From positions 1-13,344 of the forward strand of contig NW_021826138.1 in NCBI RefSeq assembly GCF_006345805.1: a stretch of 13,344 nt of DNA, given 5' to 3'. Below are positions 8,899 to 13,344 of this stretch, piece after piece; position 1 is the stretch's first letter; each line of letters starts with the position of its first letter. The DNA is from Octopus sinensis. Its lineage: Eukaryota. Both the position numbers and the translations under genes were made by a program. The notes below the pieces were generated by a model that saw only the letters and a program-made list of their open reading frames with translations, was not told the origin of the DNA and made no database searches.

Positions 8899-9085
8899 AC
8901 ACATACACACAGAATTACAAGCTCTAAGTGACGGACATACACATGTATATGCACACGCACACATTAGAAAACAACGGCAAGCACACATACATATATGCAC
9001 GAGGAGACAAACACATACATGAAAGCAAACACACACACACACACGCACGCACACACACACATACACGCACGCACGCACACACATA
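8861..9085. repeat. (CA)n / (CACG)n microsatellite-rich tract
   Basis: Visible runs. Confidence 0.85.
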
Positions 9086-9282
9086 TGAGCAGATTCACAC
9101 TTCTGGTCATGTGAGCTATGACGTAAAATGACGGCAATTCTTGGAGAGTAAAAAATGTGCCGAAGAGCAACCAATAGCGGTCAATGAGAGACCGATGTCT
9201 TTTTTTTGGGCGCCAATTCTTAAGAGACAAGAACAAGTGTAAGTCTTCTCAACTACAAAGAGGAAAAAAGGCAATCACACAT

Positions 9283-9330
9283 TGTTATTATTATTATTTT
9301 TATTGTGTTTTGTTGTTTTTATTATTAATA

Positions 9331-9383
<53 letters not shown>

Positions 9384-9397
9384 GCTATTATTATTAT
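9283..9397. repeat. (TTA)n microsatellite
   Basis: Explains the poly-Leu ORF 9184..9525. Confidence 0.93.
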
Positions 9398-9430
9398 TTT
9401 TTCTTTGTATCACAGGTTTTGTTGGAACTC

Positions 9431-9622
9431 CTATGATGCTCCCCACTACTTCTGCTCGTGATCAGAGATGCACATATCGTCAGTCACTAAGGGATATTCT
9501 CAACTGGTTAAGGTCAAGCAACTGACAAGCAAATCTGTGGTATTGGGCAAAATATTTGCTGTAGCCCATCTTTTATACCAAGACAAAACAATGTACATGA
9601 TGACACCTCCAATCAGTTAAGA
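9431..9622 (-). mobile_element. fragment of (TAA)n-associated retroelement, inverted relative to 9669-10112
   Basis: 9431-9555 is the reverse complement of 9669-9793 (125 bp, 9 mismatches counted by eye); followed by ~67 bp of further non-repetitive sequence before (AAT)n. Confidence 0.8.
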
Positions 9623-9668
9623 TAATAATAATAATAATATAATATAATAATAATATAATAATAATAAT

Positions 9669-10112
9669 ATATTCTGCTCAATACCACAGATTTGCTTGTC
9701 AGTTGTTTGACCTTAACCAGTTGAGCATGTCCCTTCGTGGCTGACAATATGTGCATCTCTGATCACAAGCAGAAGTAGTGGGGAGCATCATAGCCATGTG
9801 TTGAGAGGGATTCTTTGGGGTTTGAATAGTTCACCTCTGGAAACATGGGTGGTTCTTTCAACATCCTTAAACAACCCTTATTCAGGGACCGTTTGAGCGG
9901 GATGGGCTACTCAATCTGAAGAAAATTCTAACTGGGCCCCACCTGCAAGGTCATGTGCTGTTTATCTGATATGAGATCACCATGTCGCGCACATATGGTT
10001 GTGATGCATGTGCCTGGTGTACCTTTATCAGACGGGTAGTCATGATGGGTATATTGGGCTTCGTATATTTTACCCCAGTGTCACTTTGATGGCATGCACT
10101 GCTCTCTCACTC

Positions 10113-10153
<41 letters not shown>
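9669..10153 (+). mobile_element. 5'-truncated non-coding retroelement 3' end with (AAT)n tail (putative R4/Dong 3' UTR or partner SINE)
   Basis: Bounded by (AAT)n on both sides (9622-9668 and 10113-10153); second copy in the window; no coding signal found. Confidence 0.6.
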
Positions 10154-10204
<51 letters not shown>

Positions 10205-10515
10205 AAACTATACTACGCTACATTTGTTCGCAGGGAAGTTGTTTTAAGGTTTGCTGACAAGTCTCTTCAAATCTCAAGAATGTTTCTCAGAATTCTTAAC
10301 AGAATAAAGAATGACACTTTTCTGCAGGTCAACAACACGAGTCTCAATTCCAATATCCTTCTGCCACTTTGGTAGCAATTTGGGTTTTTTGTGTTGAGTG
10401 CACCAATTACTACAAAAATAATTACTACAAGAATAATTATCATCTTGGTCTTTTACATTCTCTTCATATCTTTAGACTTGTCCTGATATTCCTCAGTTTT
10501 CCAAATTTCTTTGCT
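10154..10515 (-). mobile_element. R4/Dong-type non-LTR retrotransposon 3' end with (TAA)n tail
   Basis: Minus-strand translation with frameshifts: KEIWKTEEYQD...KRM*KTKMIII..VVIGAL / LLPKWQKDIGIETRVVDLQKSVILYS / RILRNILEI* (stop 10267-10269). Matches the C-terminal restriction-like endonuclease tail (K..KY.DL...PVVIGALG...LQK.......RILR..L), then a ~65-nt UTR and (TAA)n. Confidence 0.78.
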
Positions 10516-10522
10516 GTCCAAT

Positions 10523-10819
10523 CTTCCTTCTCGAGCCATGCCTGGCTCATAAGGGCCGGTTTCCTAGTTTCCTTGGCGTATAGGTTCCCTACCTGGACGG
10601 GACGCCGGTCCGTCGCAGGTGAGCTGCAAGATGCAAGAAAAAAGAGTGAGAGAAAGTTGTGGCGAAAGAGTCACCAGAAGTTCGTCATTACCCTCAGCCG
10701 GAGCCTCATGGAGCTTAGGTGTTTCGCTCATAAATACACACACCGCCCGGTTTGAAATTTGAACCCGCGATCCCTCGACCGCCTCTCCGGTGCTCTTACC
10801 ACTAGGCCATCTGCTTCCA
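10523..10819 (-). mobile_element. tRNA-derived SINE, family B, tail type 1
   Basis: Reverse complement has A box TGGCCTAGTGG and B box GGTTCAAATTT. Body GAGCGAAACACCTAAGCTCCATGAGGCTCCGGC...CCACAACTTTCTCTCACTCTT is shared with 10865-11254. Distinct tail CCTGCGACGGACCGGCGTCCCGTCCAGG...GAGCCAGGCATGGCTCGAGAAGG. Confidence 0.88.
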
Positions 10820-10864
10820 CTTTCCAATCTGTTATCATATGGTTTTGCAAAGTCTCTATTTTTA

Positions 10865-11254
10865 CACGCAATGGCCCAGTGGTTAGGGCAGCGGACTCGC
10901 GGTCGTAGGATCGCGGTTTCGATTCCCAGACCGGGCGTTGTGAGTGTTTATTGAGCGAAAACACCTAAAAGCTCCACGAGGCTCCGGCAGGGGATGGTGG
11001 TGATCCCTGCTGTACTCTTTCACCACAACTTTCTCTCACTCTTACTTCCTGTTTCTGTTGTACCTGTATTTCAAAGGGGCCGGCCTTGTCACTCTCTGTG
11101 TCACGCTGAATATCCCCGAGAACTACGTTAAGGGTACACGTATCTGTGGAGTGCTCAGCCACTTACACGTTAATTTCACGACCAGGCTGTTCCGTTGATC
11201 GGATCAACCGGAACCCTCGTCGTCGTAACCGACGGAGTGCTTCCATCCATCCAT
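10865..11254 (+). mobile_element. tRNA-derived SINE, family B, tail type 2, full length
   Basis: A box TGGCCCAGTGG (10872-10882), B box GTTTCGATTCC, tRNA-like head, ends GACGGAGTGCTT(CCAT)3. Confidence 0.9.
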
Positions 11255-11448
11255 TTTTATCGGTTACTTTTTGTTCTCTATAATCATATCTGGTATCTAT
11301 ATTCCAGTAGTATGGTCACTTTTTTATGAGGAAATCCCATAAAATCCTGATGTTCTTGTTCTCTATTACAACCTCTGGTTAGCATCCATACCACTTTCTT
11401 GCCGCACTCGGTTGGCAAGCCAAAGAGCTCAATAGACAGACAGGCAGA

Positions 11449-12423
11449 CAGAAAGGTTAGCAAGCCGGGCGAAATGCTTAGCGGTATTTCGTCTGCCGCT
11501 ACGTTCTGAGTTCAAATTCCACCAAGGTCGACTTTGCCTTTCATCAATTCGGGGTCGGTAAATTAAGTACCAGTTACGCATTGGGGTCGATATAATCGAC
11601 TTAATCCGTCTGTCTGTCCTTGTTTGTCCTCTCTGTGTTAAGCCCTTGTGGGTAGTAAAGAAATAGGTATTTCGTCTGCCGCTACGTTGTGAGTTCAAAT
11701 TTCGCCGAGGTCAACTTTGCCTTTCATCCTTTCGGGGGTCGATAAATTAAGTACCAGTTACGCATTGGGGTCGATATAATCGACTTAATCCGTTTGTCTG
11801 TACTTGTTTGTTCCCTCTGTGTTAAGCCCCTTGTAGGCCGTAAAGAAATAGGTATTTCATGTGCCGTTACGTTCTGAGTTCAAATTCCGCCAAGGTCGAC
11901 TTTGCCTTTCATCCTTTCGGGGTCGGTAAATTAAGTACCAGTTACGCATTGGGGTCGATATAATCGACTTAATCCGTTTGTCAGTCCTTATTTGTCCCCT
12001 CTATGTTTAGCCCTTTTTGGGCAATAAAGAAATAGGTATTTCATCTGTCGTTACGTTCTGAGTTCAAGTTTTGCCTTTCATCCTTTCGGGGTCGATTAAA
12101 TAAGTACCAGTTACGCACTGGGGGTCGATATAATCGACTTAATCCGTTTGTCTATCCTTGTTTGTCCTCTCTGTGTTTAGCCCCTTGTGGGTAGTAAAGA
12201 AATAGGTATTTCGTCTGCCGCTACGTTGTGAGTTCAAATTTCGCCGAGGTCGACTTTACCTTTCATCCTTTCGGGGGTCGATTAAATAAGTACCAGTTAC
12301 GCACTGGGGTCGATGTGATCGACTTAATCCGTGTGTCTATCCTTGTTTGTCCTCTCTGTGTTTAGCCCCTTGTGGGTAGTAAAGAAATAGGTATTTCGTC
12401 TGCCGCTACGTTCTGAGTTCAAA
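11449..12423 (+). repeat. tandem array of SINE family C: five 170-185 bp units plus a partial sixth
   Basis: Units start GGTATTTC at 11483, 11666, 11851, 12035, 12205 and 12390. Most units keep the B-box-like GAGTTCAAATT (partly deleted in unit 4); the five full units carry CCTTTCATC..TTCGGGG(G)TCG...TAAGTACCAG. Only the first unit has extra upstream head sequence. Confidence 0.93.
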
Positions 12424-12496
12424 ACAAAAACAACTACAGGACCATGTCGCTCTGACTTCACGTATCTGCAATGTCATGGGATGAATCATCAACAGT

Positions 12497-12586
12497 TTGT
12501 GTGTGTGTATGTATGTATGTATGTATGTATGTATATTTGTTGTGTGTGTGTGTGTGTGTGTGGTGTGTGTGTGTGTGTGTGTGTGT
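12497..12586. repeat. (TG)n/(TATG)n microsatellite
   Basis: Visible runs. Confidence 0.95.
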
Positions 12587-12599
12587 AGTGGAGAATTGA

Positions 12600-12990
12600 T
12601 TATATTTTTTTAGAGAAAATAATTTGCTAAGAGATAACCAACATGGTGTTTTCCTCCAGACAGGAGACGATTCTATCTGGAAACGCCTTCTGCTGCAGCA
12701 ACATGAAGCGATGCTAAAGCGTCTGCCCGACTAATCGAGTAACGTTCACTGGGAGTTACAGAGGTTGTTGAAAAAAAAGCTGATCATTGCAGCATAAAGC
12801 CACAAACAAGTTCATAATGAAGCTGGAGTCAGCTCAAAAAGATCTACTGAACGATGACTCAACATAGCGAATGGGTTGAAAATTTTGATATTACATTCTT
12901 TGGAACGAACAAGGGAACCGTATACGAATAGTCGATATTTGCAAAAGTCTGGATGGGTAAGTGCCAAACTCTGGCATTGAAAACTATTGA
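12600..12990 (+). mobile_element. highly degraded CR1-type LINE ORF2 fragment with large internal deletion
   Basis: FRENNLLRDNQHG...LLQQHEAMLKRL..SNV (start of RT domain), then post-RT motifs KLESAQK, LKILILHSLERTRE.Y and IVDICKSLDG*VPNSGIENY, with stops and frameshifts. Confidence 0.68.
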
Positions 12991-13344
12991 GTTGGAATGA
13001 AAGTCCAGCCGCATTTCAAGATGCGAAAGAAATAAAACAATTCTTTGGTCTTAACTGATTCCTCTACTCAAAATAATATTTCCCTTCGTTATAGATAACA
13101 CAATCTCATCTATTTTGCTAATGGTTGATCCCTCGGGCGTAAAATTCTTCGAGTTTCGAAGCAAAGAAGCTCTTGATATTATTTTTAACCTCTTCACAAT
13201 TAATTAATCTTTTCCCTCTAAACAATGTTGCAATGATAAAAAAAAAATGATAATTAGATGAAGCAAAATTCCATATTTGGTATCATAATCCTTTTCTGGG
13301 TGACTTGGACAATATGGGCCTTGTTTTGGGTGTCCGGAAAGTTC

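Noticed and set aside
9097-9200. CATGTG, TGACGTAA and CCAAT motif cluster
   Set aside because: Cannot be distinguished from chance without chromatin or conservation data.
9184-9525. Poly-Leu membrane-protein-like ORF
   Set aside because: Encoded by (TTA)n plus a retroelement fragment.
10865-10940. Functional tRNA gene
   Set aside because: The cloverleaf is imperfect and runs into a SINE body shared with 10523-10819; it is a SINE head.
11483-12423. CRISPR-like regular array
   Set aside because: Whole ~184-bp units are repeated with no unique spacers, there are no cas genes, and the context is eukaryotic SINE.
12990-13344. Possible host exon in the AT-rich terminal segment
   Set aside because: No ORF or recognisable motif; unsupported.

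Overview
Repeat-saturated eukaryotic non-coding DNA with no intact protein-coding gene. The SINE families, 5S sequence and microsatellite load resemble an octopus (coleoid cephalopod) genome; this is recognised from memory, not searched. Contents: one orphan 5S rRNA copy, several tRNA-derived SINEs (including a head-to-head pair with swapped tails and a ~184-bp tandem concatemer), three Tc1/mariner relics (DD34D, DD37D, and a 555-bp internally deleted element with 49-bp TIRs), a hAT-like MITE, two CR1-type LINE fragments, an R4/Dong-type LINE 3' end in (TAA)n, and many microsatellites. Almost all ORFs in the track are microsatellite or SINE artefacts. The most interesting signal is three minus-strand type I hammerhead ribozyme motifs in two non-coding repeat families: a 360-bp monomer family (1931-2219 and 6918-7483, the latter a partial tandem plus terminal inversion) and a ~190-bp insert in (TATC)n (4195-4384). 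These are candidate Penelope-like pLTR or retrozyme elements.
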